Positions 29,285 to 55,677 of a DNA stretch of 64,000 nucleotides are shown piece after piece (the stretch's first letter is position 1; each line of letters opens with the position of its first letter). This stretch comes from Chrysomallon squamiferum (Eukaryota; Animalia; Mollusca). The notes below the pieces were generated by a model, which did no database searches, had not been told where the DNA came from, and saw only the letters and a program-made list of their open reading frames with translations. The stretch lies in contig CM022678.1 of assembly GCA_012295275.1 (NCBI GenBank), positions 4,836,001-4,900,000 on the forward strand, given 5' to 3'. The position numbers and the translations under genes were made by a program.

Positions 29285-29422
29285 GTACATATGTGTTAGT
29301 GTGTTGATACGAATTTTTAAGAAGAATACTAAATGCAAAACAATTATAACAATGCCAATTTAAATTATATATATTTAGTATTCTTCTCAAAAATTCTTAT
29401 CAACACACTAACACGTAAGTAC
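29285..29422. repeat. Inverted repeat with 50-bp arms and a 38-bp spacer (hairpin or MITE-like)
   Basis: 29285-29334 is the reverse complement of 29373-29422 with 4 mismatches. Confidence 0.85.
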
Positions 29423-29505
29423 ACTCAAACATATACACACATACGAAACACACTTATACCCGTGTATACATTCAGTGACAAACACGTACATACACTCAAA
29501 CTCAC

Positions 29506-29601
<96 letters not shown>

Positions 29602-29701
29602 ATCAGCCGATAATGATATGACTGTCCTGGGAGAAATACCTTCTGTTCTGACGAGATTGTTAACTAAAGCCAGAACGAAGTGAACGATTCAAAGTAAAAC
29701 A

Positions 29702-29761
29702 ATGGCTCTGATTTTTATAACTACTATACTTAGTTTAATTGTAGCAGGTAAGTGCTGTGTC

Positions 29762-29816
<55 letters not shown>

Positions 29817-31681
29817 TCTGTGCATATATATATATATATATATCCTGTGTGTGCGTATGTACGTGTGTGTTTGCGCACTTATGTACATATAAATACTTAA
29901 AGTAGTAATAATAGTAGTAGTAGTAATAGTAGTAGCACTAGTAGTAGTTGTAGCCATCGTCTTGCTAAAACTGTAGCAGTAGTGCTAACAAAGGCAATAG
30001 TAATAGTTATAGTAATTGTGGCGTTTTTAGTAATATTAGTTGTGTTTGTTCAGTTGTGCTGTCGTTGACGTTATTGTTGTTGTCCTTGTTGTTGGCATTA
30101 TCGTTATCGTTGTAGATGGTGTTGTCCTTTTCGTCGTCGTTGTCGTTATTGTTTTATATTGTTGTACACTGTTGTTAATTTTATCGTCGTTGTCATTAAT
30201 GTGGAACATGTTATTTCTTTGTTGTTGTCATTGTTGTTGTTGTTGAAGCTGTATTTGTTTTAGATGACCAACAGTGAAATATTAATTTATTTTCAGTTCG
30301 AATGGAGTGTCCACCCTACTGGACTCCTCACGGAGAATCATGTTATGTGATTCCTCAGATTGCACAGTCTTGGACATCAGCCATGGTATCAGGATTTTTG
30401 AAAATTTATTAGTTGTTTATTTAAACTGATGTGTATTCAGATTCTTAGGTAAACAGAGAGTGATGGATATTTAGCAAGATAGACATACGTGTAGATAGAA
30501 GGATAGTGAGACAGACAGATAAAAATCATAGTAGACAAATATGTAAGCATAATGACAGATATATGTTGTTTGTCTGTGTGTGTGTATGTATATAAATATG
30601 TGTATATATGTGTATATGTATGAATGAATATATGTATGTCTGTGTATTTGTAAACATGCATGCACAGGTATGTATATATATAAGTAGGTGTGCATGTGTA
30701 TATATATGTGTGTGTGTGAATCTGTCTGTCTGTATATATGTGTGTGTGTGTGTGTGTATATATATGTGTGTGTGCGTTTGTGAGCGTATGAGTGTGTTGT
30801 ATGGATATAATTATGTTATATATATTTAAATGTAGGGCTTATGCATAGCTCATGGGGGATATTTGGCAGAAATCACAACGAAGGAAGAAAGCAACTTTGT
30901 TAATGAGCTGATCAGAGAGAAACATTGTAAGTAACACCCTTCAGACCAATAAATTTAATTATTTACTATTATGTTATAGTTTATTTCTACGGGTTTCTCC
31001 TTAAAGCATTGCTCTCACGTATTTGTCAAAAGAGTTTATTAATTTCATTTTAACAAAATATTGCTTAGACAGACAGGCAGACAGACAGAGAGATAGATAA
31101 ACAGATAGATAGATAGACAGGCAGACAGATAGATAGATAGATAGATAAATGGAAGAGAGATAGAAGATAGATGGAAGATAGATAGACAGAGCGACAGACA
31201 GACAGATACTACTACTATTATTATTACTATTATTATTATTAGTATCAGTCTATGGATTGTGGCTAGGGGGCAGCGATTCTTTAAGTGAAGGCAACTGGAT
31301 ATGGAGTTATAGTGGACAGATAATGCAATACGAGAACTGGGATGTTAACGAACCAGATGGCTTATTTGGACAACACTGTCTTGTTATCATTCCATAGTGG
31401 AAAGTGGGATGATTATACATGCACGAATTATCTGCGAGGAATTTGCGAAAGAAGGTATGCACTTTACTGACTATGGTTTGTAGATAGATTAACTGATGAT
31501 TTTTTTTTTTTATTAATAATTTATTGATTGATTATTCATACATGATCAAAGTAAAATATTACGAAAGAACAACAATAAAACTAATAATTATTTTACGCTA
31601 AGGCTTTTGGGGAAATAATTTAACAATAAAATATTATCTTTCTTTTCCAGAAGATTTACCGAACCCGCAGTAGGCAAATAG
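29702..31681 (+). pseudogene. Secreted single-domain C-type lectin (perlucin-like) with one frameshift in exon 4; exons 29702-29747, 30297-30385, 30836-30926, 31249-31454, 31651-31681
   Basis: GT-AG exons with matching phases give MALIFITTILSLIVA / VRMECPPYWTPHGESCY..SWTSAM / GLCIAHGGYLAEITTKEESNFV / FYGLWLGGSDSLSEGNWIW..YENWDVNEPDGLFGQHCLVI, a frame change at ~31390, then HSGKWDDYTCTNYLRGICER / RFTEPAVGK*. It is not in the ORF track. The last exon is less certain (alternative acceptor at 31860). Confidence 0.85.
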
Positions 31682-31934
31682 ACGTTTTGTTTGTGAAGCA
31701 CAATTTGTACTGGAAATAAACAAACAACAACTACAACAACAACAGCAGCAATAAGAATAATAACAATGATCATATAATAATAGTAATAGCAATAATCATT
31801 TCCAGACAGTTAATGTAGTTATTATAAAAATAAAAAAAAATATTATCGTGTTATTTACAGAAATTGGCTGGGAAACATACGCAAACTTGTGTCTGTAATA
31901 TTTTAAGTGAAGGGTGTAATCTACCAATATTAAA

Positions 31935-31970
<36 letters not shown>

Positions 31971-32669
31971 AGTAAAAAAAAGGAAGAAAGCAGCTGGATG
32001 TAAAATCTAGAATATTCACCTGAAATTCTACAACATGACCCTTATATATTTCTTATGAACGTAATCAAGGATCACGAAGAATTTTTGTTCTTTCATTTAT
32101 TTCAAGTGCCTACCTTTACGCTCAAAAATGCATTCCATCTGTGTGTGTATGTGTGTGTGTATGTGTGTGTGTGCATGTGTGTGTGTGTGTATTAAGGTGA
32201 TACTGACAGTAGTGACTGATTCGCCTAAAGATCCTGCAGCTGTTTGTATTTATTAGGTAGCAACAAACGACAGTGAATGAATGAATAAATAAATAAATAA
32301 AATAAAATAAAATAAAATAAGTTACGAGTATTTTTGCATACCTTACTAACAATAATATTATCTGGTTCCGTAAGCCCTATCCATCGTCCTTGTTTACCTC
32401 GACCTTGAAGGACGCTGCAGAAGAAACTGTTCCTAATATTTTCACAGTACCAAAACGTTTCTATAAACCAAAGTTTACTGATTCCTGTAGAGATCCAATC
32501 AAAGAGTGCAACATGGAAACGATTGCAGTAATACCACTGAGCATTTGTCTGTCACTGATAGAGACGTCATCTCTCGTTATGACATTGCTAATGTAATGAC
32601 AGATAATTTTTGTATGTAATAAAGCTGAAAAATAGACTATTAACTTTTCATCTGAAAATACCAAAGTAT

Positions 32670-33275
32670 ACAGTATGTCATTCTCCATACAAGAGTTGCA
32701 AGATGCTCTACTTCACCAGGCCCAGATGAAATACACTATCAGTTACATAAACATTTACCCAGCTCTCCACTCTTGCTTCTTCCAAGCATTTTTCAAAACA
32801 TCTGCATTCCAACTGATTTTCCTTCTGATTCGAGAAAAGCAATTGTCATTCCTATTCCAAAGTCTGGTAAGGATCCATCAGATCTTACAAAGTATTATCG
32901 AACGTCAGTTGCAGCTTTGTCTGAATAAACTTCAGCAACAGGCAACTGACCACGACAATATCTATGAAATGCCAGAAAAGACGTCTCCATTCAGACCCAC
33001 GATTATTTTTGGACAAAAGTCCACGATTTTACTGGTGTACGATCATCTCAAGCAGATTCGAAAGCAGAGTTGATCATTTTGATTTCAACCGTAACTTGTT
33101 ATAAATTTCTTAGTTATAAAAGTTTCCTATAAATTTTAATTTAAATAAACTGTGATACTTTTACTTTTGAACAGTGTATTTTAATTAACTTTTGAATTTT
33201 TATATTGTAAATTTTTTATTTTGACACCCAGTAGTAGATATGTTTCGTGCTGGAGTATAGTTAAACATTTACCAT
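32670..33275 (+). mobile_element. Decayed non-LTR retrotransposon (LINE) ORF2 fragment
   Basis: Across frames it reads FSIQELQDAL, SPGPDEIHYQL, KHLP and AIVIPIPKSGKDPSDLTKYYR, the motifs that lead into LINE reverse transcriptase domains. It is heavily deleted, and the right boundary is approximate. Confidence 0.75.
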
Positions 33276-33619
33276 TCCGTAAGTCCGATGTTAACTGATA
33301 CAAATTAGTCGTTTATATTTTATTTATAATTAAAAAGGCAAAGAATAAAGAAGATGAAGGCCAGCTAGTGATAGCGGATAAAGTGCTCGCCCCAGCATAT
33401 TAAGAAATGACCCTTGTCCTTGTAACTAAGGAAATATGACATGGCCAGTTCATCAATACATGATAGTAAGGCAGACAGGCGATTTGTGAATATGTATTTT
33501 ATGTTTGCATGTTATTTGTACATCAGGGTTTGGTGTTGTTACAGTTATAACCAGTGTAGAAATCGAGGGATCAGGAAGGATAGAAATAAACACATGACAA
33601 ATGAGTTATTACCTGTCCT

Positions 33620-33720
<101 letters not shown>

Positions 33721-33736
33721 GTTTTTTGGTTTATAG

Positions 33737-35867
33737 GTTGGTTTGCCAGCAAAGTCGGGTGTGGCTGGTTCTGTGATGATAGTTGTTCCGAACGTGATGG
33801 GTATCTGCTGCTTGTCGCCCCCACTGGATCAGTATGGAAACAGCTGAAGAGGCATCCAGTTTGCTGAGGTATTTATTTTACTTGTTATTTTAATTATGAT
33901 GATGATGATTTTGATGATAATAGTGATAAGAGAGATGATTATAGTTATGATGATATGATAATAATAATGATAAAATAAAAACAACAATAATAATAACTAT
34001 TATAACTGATGATCATCATCAGCATTGTAATAGAGATAATAATGATGTTGATGATGATAATGATAAAATAACGATTATAATGATAATTTATAATGATCAT
34101 TATCATGAGGATGAGGATATAATCAATTCACGAAGATTCATGAAGACCGAATTTTAGGAATGGCACAGTAATAATAAAAAACAAAACAAACAAATTAAAA
34201 TAAATAATATTTTCCAACGTTAATACAAATTCCGGTGTTCTCTTTCAGGACTTGGTCAGCGTGTTGAACTTCCACAACTACGTTATATTATTGTGTGTCT
34301 ATCTGTTTGTATGTGTGTGGTGTGTTTTTGTGTAAAGATTAAACTTTTCTAGAAAATGAACGTCCCTGAGTCTATTTGTGTATATTTCAGACTAACCTCT
34401 GATCAATCAGTTCATCCCTCCTATTATAATTATTATTACTGTTATTGTTATTATTACTTTTGCTGTTATTTTTTTTTTTTTGCTTTTTTTTTATTGTTAT
34501 CGTTAGTATTCTAATTGTTGTAAAGTTTAATATTGTTATTCCTACTGATATGGTTATTATCATTAATGTTGTTCTTGTTATTATTCTTCATTTATTTATT
34601 TATTTATTTGTTTCTTTGTTTCTTCGTTTCTTCATTCATACATTATTCATTCATTCATTCATTCATTCATTTTAAACAGATACGCTCTGTCTGGAATGGT
34701 TATGTCGCAGCCAGACTACGACGGCAGAATTGCTCCACACGTCGCCACCGCAGTGGGTCACGTCGTGTCGGTTAAGTTTCTGTTAGATGAATATCAAGCG
34801 AATCCGTTTACAGGCAAGTCCAGAAATTAAAATCCGTGGCAATAATAGAAGTCTAGAATACGTGGACTGTGGTCTGTTTAAGTACGAGTAATATACAAAG
34901 ACATCAGCACAGGAATATAGGAACAGCAACAACAATAATAGTAATAATAATGTAACGAAAGAAAACGTTCAGTGGAAGCTAATTAATTTACATAATGAAC
35001 AAATAGTTCAAAAAAGTATAGCATTTCGCAAAAAGATCTCTGAATAAAGACACGTGTTATGATACTCAGAATCCATGGTGCATCGATTTTACTACTACTA
35101 GTACTACTACTGCTACTACTACTACTACTACTACTAATAATAATAATAACAACAACAACAACAAGTCATCTGTCATCATTTGAAATCTCTACACATTTAT
35201 GATTGGTAAAAATGTACATTGTATTAAATAAATATATGAAAGTCTAGTGTAATGTCGAATGTTATAATGCCTAATGCAGCTAATATATTTAATTTTATTA
35301 AGTGTTTCATTACATATAACAATAATAGTTGTAATAATAATGATGATGATGATAATTGAAATTATTATTATTGTTATCATGATCATCATCGTCATCATCA
35401 TCATCATTATTATTATCATGTTGTTATTATTGTTATTATTAGTTTTTTGATTATTATATTGTTATTGTTTATAAATATATTTATGGAATCGTACTCATAG
35501 ATTTATATACACTATAGTTGATTTTCAAATAATATAAACTAAACATTCTTCTCTCCCCTGAATCAACAGAGGTCACTTTATTCACACTATTATTTGTAAT
35601 ATGGACTTGTACTATTTATTTTGAATGAATAGTGAATATTAAATTAAAATTAAATTTTTTTATCACTAATTATATATTACATGCGAAGAAACTTAACATA
35701 GATGAAAAATCGACTGTTCTGTCTTTTGCAGATGGGGATTCACTCCCTTAGATGAAGGCAAGCGATTTAATCGAACGGAATGCATTGCCTTGTTGGATCA
35801 GTACATGACGGAAGCAAATCCAGACTGGAAAAAGACAAATGACAATTCCCGAACAAATCCGGATTGA
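33737..35867 (+). pseudogene. GLS: Inverted 3'-partial glutaminase pseudogene; exons 33737-33868, 34249-~34282, 34680-~34813, 35732-35867 (equivalent to GLS-A exons 13-16)
   Basis: [43 protein letters not shown] (TGC>TGA at 33845-33847); DLVSVLNFHNY then truncated; YALSGMVMSQPDYDGRIAPHV..; WGFTPLDEGKRFNRTECIALLDQYM..NPD*. No upstream GLS exons were seen; the LINE fragment lies there. Confidence 0.9.
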
Positions 35868-36493
35868 AAAAAAAAAGAAATGAAGATGAAATTCGCATTA
35901 AATATACGAACAGCTACGACTAAATAATGTGTATTCTGAATATGAATATTTGAACTCTTCAAAACTGACCTATATTTAGAATATTTTTAGATGCAACGGA
36001 ACTTTACCTTCTGAATTCAATTTGACATATTTGAACAAAAATGCCCAGGTTTTTTAGGCACAAAAGGAGCTTTAAAATGTAATAGTAGGCAGTTAGGAGT
36101 TTCAGAATATGTTGACAAGTGTAAAGGAACTTTATTTAATGACTAACGCAAAGAAGATGTGTTTTTTTTTTTTTTTTTTTTTTTTAACTTTCGCCTTTTA
36201 ACTTTTTTAAGGAGCTTTCATTGAATATTTATTAAAGGACGAATATAAGTAAAAACTTATTTTAAGTTTAAAATCTTAAATTAATCATTAATGTAGTAGT
36301 ATGTCATAATTAGACATATATATTTCAATAAAAAAATAATACAAAATTCATTCTGATAGTGAAGAATAACGTGTTTCTTCTGTTTATTATTAGTAGTATT
36401 ATTATCATCATTATTATTATTGTTGTTTATTGTTATTGTTATTATTATTGTTGTTGTTATTTTATTGTTGTTGTTGTTCTTCTTCTTCTTCTT

Positions 36494-36561
<68 letters not shown>

Positions 36562-38308
36562 GTCTGTTTAGTCTAACGAAAGTTGTCTAGCCAATCTGAC
36601 ACAGCAAAAGATGTTGTTTTATTATACTTTTAGGGAAAAAAAAGAATGAATTCATTAACTACTACTACTACCACTACTACTACTACTGCTACTACTACTA
36701 CTACTACTATTACTACTATTACTAATTACTACCAATAATAAAACGTGTTATATTTATAATTTTATTTAAAAAACAAAAACAAACAATATATACATCTAAT
36801 TATTGAAGTTTTGTAATAACAAAGTGAAAACATAAACTGATATTTACAGTAAATATGTATTTAATAATGGTATTTATATGAATTTACTAAACAAAACCAT
36901 AATGTATGAGAAAGACAACTAATTATACAATGTTATTCATTAAAATGAATTTGCTGCTTTTCAGAAACAATTTTATTGTTATTATATATATATATATTAA
37001 TTGCATTTCAATCGCATTTCCATCGCATTCATCTGATATCTGAACAATAAAAATCAATCCCCGAGCTGATATCAGTAAATTCCACCAACTTAATACCTTT
37101 TGAATTATAGAGCGAAATTACGATAACCTTCAATAAGTGGAAATGCAGACAACAGTTTATTCAGTTATGATTAAACAGTACGAATTACGCATGCGCAGTA
37201 ATTAATGCGGAACTAACGAAGTATTCATGTACTAGACATGCAGGCAATGTTTAATTTTATATTCAAGAACTTTTAAGCTGTTGCCATTACATTACTGGTC
37301 CATTTAAATAAGATCTGAAATTTTGAATAAGATTTGAAAGTAATAGAAATAACACATGGAATTCATAGCTATATAAATGTATATAATTATGTTCTAATTA
37401 TACATTTTAAACAACATGGACGTATTCTGGTGCACGCTATAATATATTTTTCTATGTATACAATGCATAATTTGTCTTCAAATAGCATGAACTATTTCAA
37501 GATATACACTACAGAATTTTGTATCCTTTTTTAAATTAATTAATTTATTTATTTATTTATTATTTTTAACTACTTACTCTCATATTTAAATTTTATATTT
37601 TAGTGCATATATGTTGGGTGTTTAGGTATGAGGATTTGTGCATGCAAGAAATCGCATAAGAGGATGAGTTTGGTTTACTTTCATTTTTAATAATATAAAT
37701 GTATTAAAACTGAAAACTAAATATCTGCTATAACAATACCACAGTCGAATCAACAGCTGCAACAATGACAATAACAAGGAACACCATCGTGAACAACGGC
37801 AGCAGCAGCAACCTAAACCACGGCGACAACAATAACAAATGAATGATAAACGAAACAACCCGAGCAATACAATGGCAGCTTGTAAATAATTGCTGCCAAA
37901 AACTCTCAGCATCAATAAAAATAATTAATTTTAAAATACTCTATACGTAAGCAATTTACAAATGAATCTGAATGCGACAGTCAACAATTAATGACGTCAT
38001 ATCTCTTTGCAGTTCAAACACGGTTTTCTTGAGTAATTAGTCATATGACGTCATGTCATTGTTGACGTCATGTTATGACTATGGGTATTTATTTATTCAT
38101 AGTTGTTTACGTAAACAAGCTGCCCATTTTACCATATGACGTCATGTTACGTCAAAGGGTATTTTATTTATAGTTGTTTACGTAAACAGGCTGACCATTT
38201 TCCTATATGACGTCATATTACGTCAATATGTATTTTATTCATAGTTGTTTACGTAAACAGGCTGCCCATTTTCCCACATGACGTCATATTACGTCAGTGG
38301 GTATTTAT

Positions 38309-49767
<11,459 letters not shown>

Positions 49768-50277
49768 CTGAAACTTCGGAGAGTCGCAAGCTCGGGCGTC
49801 CTGTTCAACTCCGACTTGATCCGGTACGGGTGCATCTGTACCCAGGTACGTGAAACAAGCGTAGACCAGTTTCTGCAACTGTAGAAACAGAGAAGAAAAA
49901 AATTAAATTCCATTTAGACTTTCACATAATATCGTTATTTGTTTGAAGAAAAAAACAAATATAAAATAAGTTGTAATGATACCACTGATGTAAGAATCAT
50001 TGCTTGTACAGGTTTATGAATGTAGGAAGGTTGTTCGTGCCTTCCATATTTTCAATATTAACAAATGAAAAAAAAAAATATATATTTTTTTAAGCATGGT
50101 ATATTATTATAAATATTACTTACAACAGTAACAAAAACAAAATTCTGTTATTTTTTTAGGAATGTTCTAAACCAATACGATTAGATTTTTTTTCTTATGG
50201 GTTGCTGAAATTTATTTTCTTGTGGATATTTTTTCCAGCGCTTAGGCTTATGTCAGTTCGTACAAAGCGAAGAAATT

Positions 50278-50368
<91 letters not shown>

Positions 50369-50806
50369 GTATAGTGACAACAATTACAGAAACATACCAT
50401 CTCAGTAAACCAGATATCACAGATACCAAAATAAAAATAATCTATTTACACATAGTATAACTGAATACAGGCTGCAACGCTAAAATAATGCTATCATAAC
50501 ATGTTCAGTGTAAGCCAACAAATATCGTGTAAGAATAATAACAAGTTTCCTTAACAACGGACATAAAATAACACACACACCTAACACTCACACTTAGATA
50601 CTTTCAAATATTAATCTACTGTGAAATGGACAATTAAGTTTAATTTAATTCTTGTTTTAAGAACAGAATTAAAATGTTTTTAGTAGTAGACCTAATATTT
50701 AAAAATAATAAAATGCATATAAACACCATACAAGAACAAGAAGAAGAAGAAGATGATGAAGAAGAAGAAGAAGAAGAAGAAGAAGAAAAAGAAACTGTTA
50801 ACTCAC

Positions 50807-51275
50807 CGAGTAAGAAAACTAAAGCAGAACTAATGTTCGTCTTCGTATTCTTATCTTTTCTTGCAACATTGTCCATTCATTTATTCGTCGTAAACACCGT
50901 GTTAAATTCTTTATTATATTACAGCCGGATTAACGGGGGTCTGTGAAAAATAACGTTATTGCTCAAATAGCCAGAATGTTCCAGCGCTACATATTAAGAA
51001 AAAAAAAAAAAAAAAGTAGCCGTGGTCGAGTGAGAATCCATGCATGGGCACCGATTTAATAACACTGCTCAGTTTGGCTCAGCTGTGGCCTGTTGCTTTC
51101 TGCGGGTCTATCAATCCTATACGCTACAGACTTTGACAAAGAGATTAAACGGTTATGATTAGCTGGTATCATTTTAAGACTGTCTCTGTGTGTTTTGTTT
51201 TAATTTTATATATAAAGCAGCACCTCTAAGCTTCTTGCAGGAGAATGCAGGTATGAAACTGAAATGACGTCATAT
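50807..51275 (-). promoter_or_regulatory. Candidate 5' UTR exon and promoter of GLS-A
   Basis: G|GTGAGT donor at 50806, a TATA-like run at ~51204-51216, and TGACGTCA (51265-51272) next to ATTGCAAAT. The ATGs in this exon do not read into the GLS frame. Confidence 0.35.
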
Positions 51276-51988
51276 TGCAAATGTAGCCCAGTTGTTATTT
51301 ATTTATTTATTTATTTATTGTTTTATTGTTTTATGTACAAGTTAGTATTTAAATAAGTGTACAAATGTGAGAATGTGCGACAGAAACAGTCAGACTGAGA
51401 AAGAAAGAGAGAAAAAAAGAAACACTGTAGTCTATATAGATATATGCACATACATACATACGTACTTTATGTACATACACACGTACATATACATACATTA
51501 ACACATTAAGAATCAAATACATATATATACACACACATATACGAACATACACACATACACACACACATATACAGACATACGCATACATACCTACCTACAT
51601 ACATAAATAAATAAATAAAGAAAATGTAAAAGAAAAAAGATAGAAAAGAAGAAGAAAAAAGGCACATAGATACATACATACATACATGTATACATGAAAT
51701 TTAATTTAAATTTGTAATTATTTTCTGTTTCAATTTTATTTCATATCTATGCCCTCACTGGGAAATGATATGGTGCACTGCAACCCGTATGTTCTGGATC
51801 GCACAATAACGTCGCAATACTTTTCTAGCCTTGAACGATATAAACAGAAGAGCTAGTTTCACAATAGAGTAACGTCCCTTTGATCAATTTAAACCTTGAA
51901 ATTCGAGATACTTACCTTTGAAGGCCAAATAATTATTATTTTCTCTTGTGAACAACAAAGTTCATTTAAGCATATGATGTAGGTTGTA

Positions 51989-52023
<35 letters not shown>

Positions 52024-52106
52024 TGATAATAATAATAATAATAATAAATAATAACAACAACAACAACAACAACAATAAAGTTATGCTACTATTAATAGTA
52101 ACAACA

Positions 52107-52167
<61 letters not shown>

Positions 52168-53083
52168 TCATACATTTTTTTCATCGTGATTACGGTCATT
52201 ATTATTTCTCTTTTGTTGTTATTGGTTTAATTTTGTTTTTATTGCTGTCATTATTAATAACAGTTGTTCTGATCATCATCATCATCATCATCATTATTAT
52301 TATTGGTGTTGTTGTTGTTGTTGCTGTTGTTGTTATTGTTGTTATTATTAAATGAAACCATAGACGATGATCCAGTATATTATCAAAATTTTAATCTAAT
52401 CATTTCTTTAACAACACTGTGTCTTTCCTCTCAAAATATACTTTACACGTTTACACAAGTATGTTAAATTCTAACGTTGATGAAACTGTCAACTTTCGTT
52501 TCATGAGGCTGTGCTAAGCTTGTAGAAATAACAAAAACGTTAAAAAAAAATATACAACGCAGCAAGCAAACAATGACAAAATATTAATGAAATTTTAAAG
52601 AACATTAAAGAAAAGGAAAGAAAGAACAGAACGATAAAACGTAAAAAACGATTTTTGCAGTAAATCAAATGACTATCTATTTATATGTGAAGAAGCATAC
52701 GACAGTGATTATATTCGTGTATGCACATGGATATTTTTTAATTTAAGTGTGGGATATTTGAGTTTGAGTTTATGCAGGTTTTGTTTTAGTACTTTGTGTT
52801 TTGTTTGTTTTGTTTAAATTTCTTATTTTCTTTTTCTTTTTTTATTGTTCTCTTTTTCTTTTAATTAATTAATTTATTTATTTAATAATTATTTTTTTTT
52901 TATCTTGCTGTTTCTTAAAAACATATTTTTGCTTGTTGTTTTGTTTGTGTTCAAAACGCAAATACCCTGGTCTGGGTGTCTGTATGTACGTACAAAATGT
53001 TAATTACATTCTCTCTAACATTGTAACATACCTACACTAACTTCACTGCGTGTACAGCATATGTGCATTCTTGAACACTGTGC

Positions 53084-53148
<65 letters not shown>

Positions 53149-53683
53149 ATGAATGAATGAAAGAAAGAAAGAAAGAAAGAAAGAAAAAATATTGACCTGC
53201 ATCTATTTCAGAATCGATCCCCTCTGGATGCATATTTGTACCTTTGATCAAACACTGGTTTCTTTGGTGCGAACCATTTTACTATTATTTTGGAAACAAC
53301 ATTAACTCCCTTTGTTGATGTCACCGTTATTAAAACATGTTTTAAAATAAAACAGCGGACTGATGTTAATTTGTTAACATGGATAATTAAAGTATATTTA
53401 TAAAAAACACAGTAGACCGATGTTCATTTTAACGTTGATAATTAAAGTGTATTAATAACAAAACAACACTGTTAATTTAGTCACGTGATAATTAAAGAAC
53501 ATTTCAAGGTGATGTCAACGATTAGACGTAATGGATTTTGAAAGCAATGTCGGTACCTGGTAAACAGTTCAGTTTGGAGAGGTGCTCGGTTTAATGACGT
53601 TTACGTGATAAAACCCTTCGATTTTTTAAGTGAATTCCACTTTCGTGGGAGTCTGATTTTGCCAGGTTTTAAGAATAATAATT

Positions 53684-53731
<48 letters not shown>

Positions 53732-54159
53732 ATAAAAATCAGTTTACATGATAACATTTTTTATTGCATTATTTCGTAAAAATACTGTGTTCCAGTCACT
53801 GGAAATAAAATTTCAAACAAACAAATAAAATTTAACACGTATACAAAACGAACAGTGTTATTACTATAAACAAAACTGATTATAAAACAAAATAATTATA
53901 AAAAAGTAAATCAACAGATGTTACCAGCACTATTACAATATAAAACACAAGCATAATTAATACTTATATGGTCACGTGGCATACGGACACATACATTTTA
54001 CACGTCTACACAAACACTGAGAAAAATTCACATACATACATCCATTCAGACATAATCTCATGAATAGAAATGTTTGCACATTTGTACAATCTCACAGATA
54101 AACAGGGACACATACAGATGTAAACAAATACCCAAAACATGCACACATATATACACATT

Positions 54160-54204
<45 letters not shown>

Positions 54205-54349
54205 TATTAAAACAAATTTAACAAACAATAATAAAATAATACACCAATCAAATAAAATATTACATTCCAGATAATATTGTATAACATTTATTTGTCACTG
54301 AACATTTATTTGTTAATGTGTAAAATGTATTAATATTAAATTACATTTT

Positions 54350-54890
54350 TACAAAGATACGTAACATTCATTTCTGACAATGTGTAAAACTTATGTTTTA
54401 TTACACAGCTGTTTGACAGTAATCTGTGACATTTATTATTTAAACTGCATTCTGACAATGAAATGTAAAACAAAATTGCATTGTGTCACTGATACACATT
54501 ATTTTATTATTAAAATACATACTGACATTAATATGTAAAAAAAAGTATTTATCAAATTGCATTCTGAGAATGGAATGTGACATCTATCATTAAACTGCAT
54601 TCTGACACTGGTATGTAAAATTTATTAATTGTATTCTGCAAATGATATGTAAAATTATTATTAAATTGTATTCTGACATTGATATGTAAAATTTATTCGT
54701 TATTAAAATTGCATTTGACAATGTTATATAAAATTATTTATTAAATTATATTCTGACATTAATATGTAAAAATAATTTAATTCAGTTGGATTCTGACATT
54801 AGTTTGTAACATTTATATATTACTATCTCAGTGATATGTAAAGAACATTAATTGTATTAAATTTCATTCTGACAATATGTAAAATTTATT
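54350..54890. repeat. Degenerate AT-rich tandem repeat (ATTCTGACA...ATGTAAA core) downstream of GLS-B
   Basis: The core TTCTGACA or variants recurs about ten times at roughly 40-bp spacing. Confidence 0.65.
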
Positions 54891-55359
54891 TATTATTACA
54901 CTGCATAACATATGATATAGTTTTAAGATACATTATTTCACTTTGTTCAAAGAATAATTCCTAAATCTACATTTTCTAAAATTCAGTAATTGCAATGTTC
55001 AAATATATATATATATATATATATTTGTATAAAATGTTTGTGCAATACCTTTTTCTTTAAAATATATATTTATGTACAGTAAAATATATTTGACAAATGA
55101 TATTGTCAATGTTCTTATATACACACAAACACACAACATACAGTCACACAAACACATTTACAGATATAACTTGACTCACTTGATATCACTTAATTAGAAT
55201 TATTTGCTGAATATCAGTAGTCTTTGATTGCATCATATAGTTTAAGATTTATTCCCTTCATAATGAATTTCTTTGACTCCATAACTTAAGAATTATTCCC
55301 CATATTCTAATATTCCCCAAATGCAAAAAAAAAAAAAAAAAAAAAAAAAATTCTAAGTA

Positions 55360-55625
55360 GTGATATATTCCCTGACTACAATATATAATAATTATTCCCT
55401 GGATACTAATATGCCCTGAGTACATCACTTAAGAAGTATTCCCTATATATCAATATGCCTGACTGCATCACTTAAGAAGTATTCCCTATATATCAATATG
55501 CCTGACTGCATCACTTAAGAATTATTCCCTAGATATCAATATGCCCTAACTGCATCACTTAAGATGTATTCCCTATATAACAACATGTCCTGTCATATCA
55601 CTTAATTTAAAATCTATTCCCTTTA
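55360..55625. repeat. 43-bp tandem repeat (~5 copies) in the GLS-B 3' UTR
   Basis: CACTTAAGAAGTATTCCCTATATATCAATATGCCTGACTGCAT starts at 55426 and 55469, with variant copies following and preceding. Confidence 0.85.
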
Positions 55626-55677
55626 TTTTTATTTTGGAATTCTGAGCAGAATGTCTGTATTTTGGGGAAAAAAAAAG

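Noticed and set aside
33845-33847. TGA at a Cys codon in the GLS relic as possible selenocysteine
   Set aside because: The copy has a truncated exon 14, no visible 5' exons and degraded ankyrin motifs, and I saw no SECIS; a nonsense mutation is simpler.
50807-50876. MDNVARKDK... as the coding first exon of GLS-A
   Set aside because: It ends in phase 1, whereas the next exon's GLS frame needs phase 0; the spliced frame stops within that exon.
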